Origin: Cenococcum geophilum
Taxonomy: Eukaryota
DNA: 64,000 nucleotides
Direction of reading: 5' to 3'
Assembly: GCA_050273025.1 (NCBI GenBank)
Contig: CP158635.1
Coordinates: 3,658,001 to 3,722,000 of the forward strand
Shown: positions 39,749-52,681 of the stretch, piece after piece
How the letters are laid out: every line of letters begins with the position of its first letter
How positions within the stretch are numbered: the first letter of the stretch is position 1
Program-made: the position numbers and the translations under genes
Notes under the pieces: model-generated
Told to the model about the DNA's origin: nothing
Seen by the model: only the letters and a program-made list of their open reading frames with translations
Database searches by the model: none

Positions 39749-42700
39749 TATAACTTAAGCCTTACTTAGTCTCTTTATATATTGCTTTAACTTAGTACTA
39801 TACTAACTTAGTTTACTATTATTTCTTACGGCGTTAAGTATTTTTAATATTAACTTAACCTGTAATCTAATTAATCCTTAGGTTATATTCCGGTAACTAA
39901 GGTATACTTAATACTACCTTATCCCGTCCTAGTGGTAGGATATTAAAAAACATCTTAATTTGTCTTCCTTTAATAGTTATTTAAATAGGTCCTATTTTAA
40001 GATTAATAATCCCTCCTCTGTAGGCTATTAGATCTTCTAAAATTATAACTAATAGGTAAGATTATTCCTTCTATTTATAAGGTAATTCTATTTTTTTTAA
40101 CTACTACTAGTAAGATGTGGTTCCGCGTTACTCTATTATCTATTAGTACTTTAAACTACTAGTCTTACTATTTAACTTATAAATTTAGGTGTTGTTTTTA
40201 AATTCCTTTAAGGGTTTAAGGCTCTACTACTAGCTCCCCCTAGTCCTATAGGCCTCTACTTTTCCTAACTATTAGCTACTTAATTCTATTACACTTAGCT
40301 TACTTTTTAGCTAATACCTAGTTTACTTTTTATCTTTAATATACTATAGACACGTATTCTCTAGGCATTCCCACCACTATTATCTATTTAAGTATTCTGC
40401 TGTAAGGAATCCTTTTAGTTAAAGTATTAAGTCTCCTAACTTTTAAACTTTTATTAAATGCCAGCCGTATATATATTTAGTATTTTTATATTATTACTTA
40501 TCTAACGCCTAATATATCCTTATAGGGTATTTCTAATTCTTTTCTTTTAGATTCTTGTGTATTTTATATATATCGTCTATATATACAATCTATAATAACG
40601 TATAGTGTGCTAGGTGCTTTAGGTTAACTCTTAACTTATCTTTATCTTTAAGTTTAAACCTTTGCCGTACTAATCTAAACGTTATAACTTTATTTATAGG
40701 TACTAAGATACGTCTCTTACTTCTCTAGTCCTCTAATTATTCCTCTAGATCCTTTAATATTATAATTAAGGCTCCTTTAATATAAGTTATAGCCTTCTCT
40801 ATAATTAGGTAGTCCTAAATAACTTATTTATCTAACTATATATAGAAATCTTCCTACTTATTATTATATTATTGCCTATACCACTTTTAGTACAGCTACT
40901 AGAGTATATGCAGCTTATCCATAAGGAAGTATCTTCTTATTACTGCGTTATAACAGCCTTTTATATGTCGTTTTTTAAACCTAGTAGGGATTTCTAAATC
41001 CTCTTCGTTTTCTAGTTTAGTAAGCCACTTAGCTCTTAGTATACCTACCCTAGGCCTATTAGTAATTCTTTATATAGGTGCTCTATCCCTTATATAACCT
41101 AGTGTGCTAAATCTCTTATCTAGTTTCTGTTCTTACTATATAATAATTCTTTATCTAAATTCCTCTATAGTTTTTTTTAGTTTGCGTCTTATATATAAAT
41201 CCTTAAAGTCTTCTTACTTCTTAATTCTGGTATTAATATTTTAATCCTATTACTAAGCCTTACTTACGATTTCTTTAATAGTCCTTATTCTGTTGCTAAA
41301 ATCTTAGTCCTATAAGATTTTTAATCCTAAGCTTACTTCTATCTTAAGCTTTACTCCAGCCTTAGTCTAACTAGGCTTCTTTAGTATTCTTATCTTATCT
41401 TAAGAGTCTTAAATCTTACTTATCTCGTCTTAAGAGTCTTATATCTTTAGGAAACTTCATCTTAAGCTTATTTATATATTACTAAACTAAGCCGTTACCC
41501 TGCTCTATCGGTTATTATCTATTATAGGTCCTTAAGCTTGCCTTATCTTATTTTAAGAATCTTAGTTATCTCTTATCTCTTTCTAAGAATCTTAAGCCTT
41601 TAGCCTTTTGCCTTTATTAAGTACTAAAGTAGTTTATTATTTTACTTCTCTTATATCTTATAAAGCGATAAATATTATATCTAGTAGGGTCTTAATCCCT
41701 ACTAATGTTCCCTATTCTATAGTGGAATTATTCTTTACCTCTTATATAATATCTCTAAGGTCTATATACTCCTAGTAAGCTACCTTTATTACCTTATTAT
41801 TACGGAATATTTCGCCTATATTAAATTTATCGTCCTTAATATCTAATCTGTAAACTGGTTTATTAATTCCCCTAAACTCTAATAATTTTAGCTTCTATAG
41901 CTAATAGCTTGCGCTATACTTAGCGTCTTTATAAATTTAGTATAAGTTATTATAATAAAACGTAAAACTTTTAATTAAATATTCTTTTATTCCTTACAGT
42001 ATATTATTATCCCTCTATATATATATATCGTCTACTAATCTTGTTCCTTTTACTATATAGTAACTCTAACTACTTCTATAATCTCTAATATAATAACCCT
42101 GTTTTCTGCAATTTATATAAGCTCCTTCTTTAAACCATTTTTTTTACTATAAAGTCCGCCTAAACGTCTTCTACTACTAAGATCCTTAGTTTAGCCTTTA
42201 CTCCTTAAACCTTTAATTACTTAATCCTTATCCTCTAGGTTTCCATAATTTCTTATTTTATCTTTTAAATTCTTTAGTACTACTTAGGTCCATTAGCTCT
42301 ACGCTATACTATAGTTTTTAACTTTAACTTTGTTATTATGTGCCCTATGCCTTATATAACTATAGAACTCTATCCTAACCCTTCTTAGTTTGCTCTCTTT
42401 GGTAAATCCTATTATTAATCTTAATTACTTAATTAATTAAATCCCTAAGAGTATCCGCATCTTTTATTAGGATAATTACGTCCTAGACTTTCGCCTTAAG
42501 TCCTTATTTATACTGTGCTATAAGCGCCTTATTATTCCATTTAACCTATATTACTAATATTTAAAACTATATTATATACTTAATTACTAAAGTCCTTTAT
42601 ATTAGGTTTTAAAGCCTTTTTTCTACTATAGTAGTTACCTCCGGGTCTCCGAATATTTATATTAATTATTCCGCGAATCCGTTTTAACTTAAGAACATAT

Positions 42701-44273
42701 ACTATACCTTATAGTTAGTAGTCGTTATACTGTACTCCTATACTTCCGTAAGGTAAGGCTTAAACTACTTAAGTGCCCTTCTTATTAAGAACAATCCTAT
42801 ATAAGTAACTTAATCTATAGGCGTTCCTAGCTTTACTTCTTCTTACATAACCTTAAAGTGCATTTATATAAGGAATCCCTTAAGTTTTAACTTCTTCCCT
42901 AAGAATTGCTTAATTAAGGGTAACTTAACCTTAGCCGCTCCAATCCTATTAATCCTTTCTTTAAGTATCCTATTATTGTCTATTAATTAATTAACCATTT
43001 TCTATAGCTATTTAACAGTAACTAGTTACAAGTTAGTATTTACTATACTAGTATTATTACCTAATCCTAAGGTAGTCGCCGCTATAAACGCCGTTATAGC
43101 TACTGCTTTTAGTAGTATGTTATTTAACTTCTTTTACTATAACCTTAGTAGTAAATATATAACGAAGCCTTATAGTAGGAACTACGGTAAACTTATTAAT
43201 AGGCTAGGTATATAGGTATAGAATAGTTAATAATATAAATATAACTAATAGAGTGGTTGCCTAATAGATTAACTCTAATTATATTCTAAGATTTACTATA
43301 AGAAGAGAAGAACTATCTAGGTAGGGACTGTAGTCCTTTAAATACACAACCGTACTCCTAAGAAATCCTCCTTATACGTAAAGTACGTCTTATATATAAG
43401 GTATGTAAGTTCCTCTTATTTCTCTTGTTTAATATATAGCACGTTATATAACCTTAGTTACTATTCCTCGTTATATAGTTCTATCGGCTCTATCCTAAAC
43501 CATGCCTTAATTAACCAACTAGCTGCTTCCAACTCCTCTCCTAGTAGTCGCAACATTGTATTTAAAGCGTTTGTAATAATGCATTAATTATAAGGACTAA
43601 AGGTATTAGATCTAACGTAGTGCGTCTTATTATAAGCCTCTAGAATCCTATTATTAGATTTTTAGTCTTTTAAAGATATATAAGCAAAATTATTTAGGTA
43701 AAACTAGCACTAGTTATAAGTTAGCGGAGGTTAAGGTTCTATATATAAAGGTAGGGCTAAGATACGCTATAGAATCTACTTAAAAGAGTAGTCAGTAGAA
43801 GAATAAAGAGGCATATTAAATTATTAATGGAAAAAAAGAAAATCTTAATAATATATTAAAGATACGTCTAAAATTGGACGAAGGTTAATAATGGGAAAGT
43901 AAGGTATTAGGGAAAAGGAGCAGCTTAATAAGTAAAGATGTCCTTATACTTTACTATTTAATACCCTTTTAATAAATAGCCGTAACCTTACTAATATAAC
44001 TCCATTATAATAGCGCTATTTAAAAGAAAGGAAACATGTATATAAGTTATTTAACTATTACTTCCTTATAAAAACTAACTATGCGGCCAGGGAAAGGTAA
44101 TTAAGACGTTAATTAAATACGTATATAGGTTTAATTATACCTAAAATAATACTATAGTATTAAAGATTAATATTATAGACGTTTTTAATAATTATATAAT
44201 AGCTATAGTTGCTATTATAAAGTGTCCCTATTTACTAGGTAGTAGAGCTACACTAAATATATAGTATAGGACT

Positions 44274-47200
44274 TGTTATGGCACTAGCAGAACTTGGCAG
44301 AACTACGCACCGGCAAGTTGCCACAGATTGCCGCATATTGCGGTCACGTGACGCGAAGATCGTATATAGCTTCGAGCGGCGCTCCCCTTCTTCTCCTTTC
44401 CTTTCTTTAGCTTTAGATTCTCGTTTATAGACAATCCAATCGTATAGGCTTGCGCGACCATTTTGCCGTACTTATGTCTCGATTAACTAAGTCACTAACA
44501 TTATCTAAAGCTCACTCTACTTTTTCTTCCTAAGAAGGAACTTAAATATATCTACAAGAACACAGAATAGGACCCTAAGGACATTACTAGGACCACAAGG
44601 ACAGGACCTAAAAGAAAAGAACAGAACTCTAAGAAAAGGACCTATAAGACACGCACAGACTAGAACCCCTAAAGAAATTACCCGGAATTACCCAATACCC
44701 CTACCACCATGCTACGAACTACAGTAGTAGGTAAAGCAGCTGTAGGACCCTTAAATACTTTAGACGAAGAAACAATTAACGTTTTAACCCCCTAGGCGGA
44801 GCTTGCGGCTGCCAATGCCGAAATTAAACGATTGCGAGAGCTGCTTAAAGCCAGAGATACCCCTATATCTAATAATAAGTTATTATTAGATAACTAAAGA
44901 CTTACTATAGTCCTTTAGGCCCTATCCTAGCGCCTTAGTGGATCCACCGAGGCACCAAAGCGGTCAGCAAAGGTTGTGGACCCCCTACTACTTACAAACG
45001 GAACCAACCCTATATTTAATAATTGGAAGCTCCAATTACGGGATAAGCTTAAAGTTAATACAGACTACTTCCCTAACGCCTAAGCCAGAATAGCCTATGT
45101 CTTCGGCCGTACTGGCGGAGACACCTAGACGCATTTACGCCCATAATATACTAAAGACTTAGCAGACCCCTTTATCTCTAAAGAAGAAATAATTAAATAC
45201 TTGTCTTTTATTTATAAGGACCCTTTTAAAGTATAAAACGCCCGCCTTAGCTATAAAAGCCTAAACATAAAAATAACGGAGACCTTTTCGGCCTTCTAAA
45301 CCCGCTTTCTACACCTAGCCGGACAGGCCTAGATCCCCTAAGAAGACCTATTGCTAGACCTCTTCGACAAGCTTACCCTAGACCTATAGCGGGCCGTATT
45401 ATTAGCTTATACTACGGTATAGACGTTAAAGGAACTTACGGACCATTGCCTAGCTATTAACTAAGGCCTCTGTTAAATTAAGGCACGCGCTAACTAGCTA
45501 AAAACTAGAAACCTTACAAACTAGGCCATAAGTACTGCGAGTACGGCCCATAGTGCCCTGGCATAATCAGCAACTCCTACAGCTAACCCGGCAGCTGGCC
45601 GCGCAGCTACCCCTACTGCGGGCCCGGTATACACCCGGCCTATATACAGCAACCCCTATATATAGGCCCTTAGCGATTAAGGAGCTTACTTCTTATGCGG
45701 TTAAATAGGCTACCCTATAAGGAACTGCCCGACAAAGGTAAGGACAAATGAGGTCCTGTTAATTTAGGAGGATAGTACGGAGCCAGAAAAAGAGGAACCC
45801 TAGAGGAAGACTCCTCTCTAGAGTTAAAAGGGATTAATATATTATATATTAATCTAGGTTAGCTAGTTAGTAGAAGAAGCTGCACTATCCCTTATACTTT
45901 ATTTCACAATAGATATTAAGTTTTAACCTCTGCTTTAGCTAACTTAGGAGCAAATGCCTTTACCTTAATTAATATAAAGTGCGCTGTAAAACTAGCTGAC
46001 TTTTTAAATGTACCCCTTAAAGAACTGCCCAAACTAATCCCTATTCGCGGTTATAATGGATAGATAGGGCTACCTATTATAACTATCTTACGGATCTACC
46101 TCCGCATTAACGGATAAAGGCAGTATAATATCCCCTTTCTTATTACGGACTTAGGAAGCCACAATATAATCTTAAGAAGAAAATAGCTAGCCTATTTAGG
46201 CTTACAGCTTAAAGTATAAAGTAGACGGCTTATCTAGCCCAAAACTCTACCCCCAACCCCTTCCTTTATAAAAGAAATCAGTATTACAATGGAAAACCTT
46301 ATATAGCCCTAAATTAATACCATTTACTAGGCCAATGCTATGCGCAGAGACCAGGCCTTTAAAAAGGACGTATAGCTTAACCCGCAACGGATCCATATAC
46401 TACGCCGCCCCTAGATTACCTATATTACGCCACCCGCACCAAAGACCTAGGAAGTTAGTAGTAACCTAGCTAAGTTCCCTATAGAGAACCCTACGAAGCT
46501 ATAAAGGAAAGCTAGGGATATCGGACGCTATACTAAACTAATAGATAGGAAGGACAACTTACGGAAAATAGAACGTGAGCTAAGGAAGACTATAAACCCT
46601 ATACCGCAAACCACGGCCTAATAGACGCTAAAGAAACCTACGGACCTCCTACCAGTTAATATCTGCTGCATTAGCGCTGTAGGATTCTACTAGAACCTAG
46701 TTCAGCCTAATACCGTTACCTTTACGACTAGCCTATACAAAATTAACTGAATGATTGAGGAAAAGGAAAGTAAGCTTAGCAGATAGGAAAGCGGGCTTAT
46801 AAATAAAGAACTAGTAGAGTAAAAACTGCCTAATCGACACTAGAAATTTAAGGACGTATTCTTTAAGGCAGCGTCTAATATACTTCCACCCTACCGACTA
46901 TATAACTATAAGATTGAGATTAAGCAAGACAAGGGAAGCACCCTTAGCTTTAGCCCTCTCTACCTATAGTCTATTACTAAATTATAGGCCATAAAGTAGT
47001 ACCTTATTAATAACCTAAATAAGGGCTTTATTAAGCCTAGCTAAGCCCCTTTTAACTTACTTATTCTCTTTATTAAAAAGCTAAATAGAGGACTACGCTT
47101 CTGTATTAACTACCGTAAGCTAAATAATATAACCCGTAAGGACTGCTACCCACTACCCTTACTTAATAAGACTCTTACCTAAATAAGTAGAGCTAAGGTT

Positions 47201-50200
47201 TTTACAAAGCTTAATATCCGCCAGGCCTTTTACCGAATTAGGATAGACCCTAGGTCTAAGGATCTTACTATATTCTAGACCTATTACGGGATGTATAAAT
47301 ATAAGGTACTTCTTTTTAGACTAACTAACGGACTAGCTACGTACTAGCGGTATATAAACAATATACTCTTTAACTACCTTGACGACTTCTATACGGCCTA
47401 TTTAGATAATATTATAATCTATTTAGAGAATAAACTGGAATACGAGGAGTATATCTATAAAGTCCTATAACAGCTCCGCGAAGCTAGCCTCCAGGCCAAT
47501 ATTAAGAAGTTGGAATTTAGTGTTAAGCGTATAAAGTACCTAGGTTTTATTATCAGCATAGACGGAATTAAGGCCGACCTAGAGAAAACGACCGCAATTA
47601 ACTAGTGGACGCCCCCTTAGACTGTAAAGGGGGTGTAATCATTTTTAGGTTTCTATAACTTCTACTAACGCTTTATTAAGAACTACAGCAGGATCGCCTA
47701 ACCTCTTAACCGCCTTACTAGAAAAGACTAGCCCTTTTACTTTAACGCTATATATATACAGGCCTTTAATAAGCTTAAAAAACGGCTAGTGTCAGCCCCC
47801 CTACTTGCCCACTTTAACCCAAAACGGCCCTTGATACTAGAAACTAATGCCTTAGACGGCGTAATAGCTAGTGTTTTTTCCTAGAAGCAACTGGACGGAG
47901 AATAGCACCCTATTATATACTATTTAAAGACTATAATAGATGCTAAATTAAACTACTACATCCATAATAAAGAAATGCTGGCTATTATCTCTAGCTTTTA
48001 GCACTGGCATATACAGCTAGAGGGGACCCCTAAACCTATTAAAGTAGTATTAGATTATAAGGCCCTAGAATACTTTATAACAACTAAGGCCCTTACGGCC
48101 CGGCAGGTACGCTAGGCGGACGTCCTATCTTAGTTTAACTTCTTAATTATATATAGACTAGGCGCTGCGAACCATGCGGATGCTCTTACTAGGCGTGAAT
48201 AAGACCTAGGTGACTATATAGCTGTGAAGATCTTATTATAGACCTAGACGCTATTACGACTAGAGCACCTTAACCCCCGGATATAGGCAGAACTAAGTAT
48301 AGACCCCTTAGGCGCCAAGATATATTCTATTAACCCTTTAGGACTTAACTTAATTGACGAATTGCTGTAGATAAACTATACGGCCCCTTCTCTATAGGAG
48401 TACCGTAAAAAGGCAAAGAATGTTACTAGCCTATGGTCCCTTGAAAATGGATTACTTAAGTATTAGGAATGGCTGGTAGTGGTAGAGGAATAGAACTTAC
48501 GGACTTAGCTTATTGCTGAAGTATATACCTAGGTCTCTATAGCTTACCCTAGAAAGAATAAGACCTGTAGGATTATTGGCGACCGCTACTACTGGCCTAG
48601 AATGGTTATAGATATCGACCGCTATATACGGAACTGCAATGACTGCCGTAGGTCTACAATCCCATAAGATAAGACCCTAGGACTATTGAAACCCCTCCTA
48701 ATACCTAACCGCCCCTGGTAATATATCTCTATAGACTTTTATAAGCTACCTCTAGACCGTGACGGATATGATATGGTTATAATCCTAATTAACTACTTCG
48801 GCAAGCGCCCGTTCTTAATTCCCTGTTATAAGAATATTGATACTAAAGAGGCAGCCCAACTATATATCCACTACGTCTACCGAATTTATGGACTACTAGA
48901 CACTATTATATCTGACTATAGGCCGCAGTTTATATTAGCCTTTTAGAATAAGTTTACCTAGATCCTAGGCATTAAGCTAAAGCTTTTTATGGTATATTAC
49001 CCCCAGACAGACGGTTAAACGGAGATTATAAATTAATACTTGGACTAGAGACTCTAGCCTTTTATTAACTACTTCTAGAATAACTAGGCTAAACTATTAC
49101 CCTTAATAGACTATGCCTAAGCGACCCTACCCTATAACTCTACCGGATTTGCCCCTATTTAACTAGAAATAGGTTACCTACCCTGTATAAGTTTTAACTA
49201 GGAAAGACTAGAAGGGCCCTAGACCGTACGCGAAAAACTATCTTATAAGGAAGCCTAGTAGTACGCTAAGCGCTTAGAAGAAGCTTGGAAAGTAGCCTGT
49301 ACGAACCTAGAAAAGGCCCAGAAATTAATAAAATAGTAGGCAAATAAGCATAGGCGCGAGCCTAACTTTACTATAGGCGATATAGTCTAGGTTATAATAA
49401 AGAACTAAAAGACAGAACGGCCTAGCCATAAGCTAGACTATAAGATAGTAGGACCGTATAAAATTCTTAATAAAGTAGGCAACTTGTATAAGGTTAAGCT
49501 CCTAGACTTAATTAAAGTCTACCCTATCTTCTCACCGGATAAGCTATAGAAAGCTATAAATAACCTACTACCCAGATAAAAAAATAAACCTCCCCTACTA
49601 ATTTAAGTTAACGACGATAATAAATAGGAAATTAAAGAAATACTAGCCTGTAAACTTGTAAAGGGAACGTTAAAGTATTATGTTAGTTAGAAAGGATATA
49701 ACCTGGACCCCACTTGGTACCCTATATAGAACTTTATAGGTAGCCCCTATAAGCTTTAGGAGTTTTATAGCCGTTACCCTAATAAACCCGGACCGCTAAA
49801 GTACCTAAATAAGTGGATAGAGTGCTAGTATAATAAAGACGATAAGCTACCAAAAGAACATAAGGATAAAAACGCCCTAGAAATTTCTTAGTTACATAAG
49901 GTGTTAAGATATCTAGGAACTTTAATCAGCAGTTAAAGTTGTCTAATTAGTTAGATTCTCTTGCTAAGACTTTTAGCGGTAAAGCCTAAGGGCAGGCTTT
50001 TTTGGAGGGGGGGGTAATGTTACGGCACTGGTAGAACTTAGCAGAACTACGCACCGGCAAGTTGCCACAGATTGCCGCATATTGCGGTCACGTGACGCGA
50101 AGATCGTATATAGCTTCGAGCGGCGCTCCCCTTCTTCTCCTTTCCTTTCTTTAGCTTTAGATTCTCGTTTATAGACAATCCAATCGTACAGGCTTGCGCG

Positions 50201-50244
50201 ACCATTTTGCCGTACTTATGTCTCGATTGACTGAGTTACTAACA
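44274..50244 (+). mobile_element. Ty3/Gypsy chromovirus E, full length, RIP-inactivated, related to B
   Basis: 227-bp LTRs 44,274-44,500 and 50,018-50,244; TSD GGACT; G-run PPT; gag, protease, RT (YLDNIIIY ~47,400), RNase H, integrase, chromodomain (~49,625-49,780); pol and pre-PPT sequence resemble element B. Confidence 0.97.
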
Positions 50245-50807
50245 GGACTATTAGATTTAAAAGTATATATACTAAATCTTAAGAGATAAGTCTCTTTAAC
50301 TAACTAATTAATATCTTAACTATATTTAATAGCCTAAGGGTAAATATAGGAGTAATATATTAGTAATATAGGGGATTATAAGAAAAGGATTATAGACTAT
50401 ATTTTAGTAGTTAAAGATAACAGCAAGCTAAAACTCTATACGTTAAATCCTATACTAAAAGGTTTTACGGAACTATATTAGAATATTAAATTAATTATAA
50501 ACTAATATAAAGGCTTAGAAGTAGAGTTATATAAAAATCCCTATATTAGCCTAGATAGTTACTAGTATACTTTTAATAGGCTTTTAATAGGTCTCTTAGC
50601 AATTCTTATATCTTTTCTCTAGTTATATTTTTTTCTTATTAAGGTTTTTTAGGAGTTTAAAGCAGGGGTTAGATAGATAGATAATATATAGCGGTATACT
50701 AATGTCTCTCTAATATCTCTCTAAACCCCTTCCGGGATAAGCCTTTATAATCTCCCTACTATAAGGTAATGGCGATTGGGGGCCAACCGCAAGAAGGGGG
50801 GGGGCAA

Positions 50808-51022
50808 TGTAAGGGATATTATTGCGGATACCTTGGGTTGCCCTTAGGACAACCCCCGGACGCCCCTCGGATGGTTGCCGGTTACGTGCCGGAGGCACGT
50901 GCCCGTAGTATATAGTCTCCACGATCCCAGAGGCCTTACCTCCTTAAGGATTTGTCTCTCTCACCAATCTATCCTGTTCCAATCGTGTCCTTATAGCCCC
51001 CTGTCTACAAAGTCCCCTCACA
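50808..51022 (+). repeat. 3' LTR (215 bp) closing the nested block
   Basis: Follows PPT; TGTAAGGGA...TCCCCTCACA terminal inverted ends; followed by CCGTC (predicted TSD). Confidence 0.8.
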
Positions 51023-51370
51023 CCGTCAACCTCGTTCGGTGGATGGGGTGTTTTTTTAGTTTGAGTCTCGATAGCCTACAGCATTGACTGGGCATCCGGA
51101 TGATACAAACAAGCCCTTCTGATCGTCTGATAAGGCGCCACGGAAGACTTGAAGCGTTTTCGCAAAGGTGGGAAGACCCACTCAGCCTGTTGAGCCATAA
51201 TCGCCTTAGCTGTGGCGTATCACTAGCTGATCCTCTAAATGCCAAGTAGTTGATTAATTCTGCACAAGGAAATCAACGCCAGGGAACAGAAGATGACCTG
51301 AGGCGACCGTGACGGGCTTTTACAGGCTTCCACTTTCATAGGGCGCAGCTTGTGCCTAAGATCAAGACTA

Positions 51371-51516
51371 CAAGGGGGCAACCTGAGCGGGTCACTCGCC
51401 CTCCCTGCAAGTTTTGATGACATTATAGTAATATCCTGGGAAAATAGTAAGTGCACGGCTATAATGCCACCAGAACTTGCAGGGAGGGCGAGTGGCCCGC
51501 TCAGGTTGCCCCCTTG
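51371..51516. mobile_element. 146-bp MITE with ~58-bp TIRs (Tc1/mariner-type)
   Basis: CAAGGGGGCAACCTGAGCGGG...CCCGCTCAGGTTGCCCCCTTG flanked by TA on both sides. Confidence 0.88.
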
Positions 51517-52681
51517 TACGTGTAAAGACTACGTGTAAGCGCTAATGGACGCACACAGCGGACGGCACCAGACAGCCCCGGATTAGTTGTAGCACACTTT
51601 CTAAATAAGCGACTCCTTTGGAGCGGAGTAACAGCTATTAAGGGGACACAAAAACAAAAGTAAGAGCATGGAGGATAAAGACTGCATATAGGGAAATTTT
51701 GCTAGGCGAGAACTTCAAAATTTTAAGTCGTTTTGCGAGGCGTCCTGGTCACATCTGCGTACACAAGGTACCGCCATAGTAGGACTTAGCGAAAATCGCG
51801 AAAATCAAAGTTCCCTATGCAGTCTTTATGCTCCATAGTCTTACTTGAATAAGTCAAATTTGGCAATTTAAATAAACTTGGCCTCGGGTTGGCGGGTGGG
51901 GAGGAGCGGATTCTCCAAAAGCCAAAGTCACAACACCAGGCCTCGGCTACGGCCGAATAGTTCATGGGTTCCCGGAAGTGGACCGCAAGGCTGAGATGGA
52001 GGATACCTGGCGTGGGAGAATGATAGGTCACCTTGTAGTGTCCTTGTACCTAGTGCTAAGCCTATGATTATATGTCCACCAAGAAGCTAACTGCCTCTGA
52101 AACCTCCGGCGCTGTTTTGGTCGTCGCCAATACTCTGCAGAGCTGTCGCCTTTATTGCGAGAATTCACCTTTTCCATGGAGCATTTCGAAGCCATATTTC
52201 GATATTTACATATTGTAGTATAAATTTGATTAGTTGCAAAGGAAACAGACGTCCCTTTCCGATCACTACGACTTATGCTCATCCATCGAAGGGATAGGCA
52301 CAAAAATACGTCTATGAAGGGATTGTCCAACGAGCTGGGAAAACAACCCTCATGTTTTGCTTTTCAAGCCCTACCCACAAAAAAGCCTTGAATCACCACG
52401 GTACGGTATCTCATTGGCGGATCTCGCAAGCCCGAGCTGAAGGAGAACTCAAACACACCTGCAGCTGAACATGACGCTACGAAAGCCCGGCTGAGACACA
52501 GAGTAACTGAGATAATGCATTCCATATGCAAGTGATCATGTGAAGCTAGAGTTAACAGCTCGCCCCTCTAATATACATAAGAGCGTCTTCTCTCCACCAT
52601 TCGGCCCCGAAGCCAAGACCGGTGTCAACCTTCTGAAAAAACTCCATTGTTGTTTAGAAACACGGCTTCAATACAGCAAAA

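Larger units (their letters stand above)
34101..43578 (-). mobile_element. Ty3/Gypsy chromovirus D, full length, RIP-inactivated
   Basis: 421-bp LTRs 34,101-34,521 and 43,158-43,578; TSD ATGCA; minus-strand PPT GGAAGAAGGGAGATAG adjoining 34,521; gag (~43,060-42,070), protease (~40,140), RT (YLNDII ~38,770), RNase H, integrase (~36,500-35,800), chromodomain (~35,400-35,250). Confidence 0.95.
33240..43709 (-). pseudogene. Antisense spliced Cys-rich ORF of Gypsy C (pieces 43,709-43,579 and 34,095-~33,240, split by element D)
   Basis: After removing D at its TSD: C*FYLNNFAY...THYVRSNTFSPYN*CIRTKSGSCVK, intron GTAAGC...CTAAC...TAAG at 34,067-34,024, then a long frame with only TAA/TAG stops. Start and end not resolved. 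Confidence 0.5.
1..50770. other. AT-rich, RIP-mutated repeat compartment
   Basis: Strong TpA enrichment and CpA/TpG depletion; no long ORFs; recognisable reading frames are broken almost only by TAA/TAG; abrupt switch to GC-balanced DNA near 50.8 kb. Confidence 0.95.
29973..51022 (+). mobile_element. Ty3/Gypsy chromovirus C, 3' half (host of the nest)
   Basis: Starts mid-RT (YLNNILIY ~29,993), then RNase H, integrase (~31,500-32,170), chromodomain (~32,850-33,005); 3' region resumes after the D and E insertions; PPT AAGAAGGGGGGGGG at 50,791-50,804 and LTR 50,808-51,022. The 5' half is absent from the window, so linking the LTR to this pol is inferred from TSD-restored continuity. Confidence 0.8.

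Noticed and set aside
50710..52330. Several 60-100 aa ORFs
   Set aside because: Overlap the LTR, MITE or intergenic DNA; no recognisable motifs.
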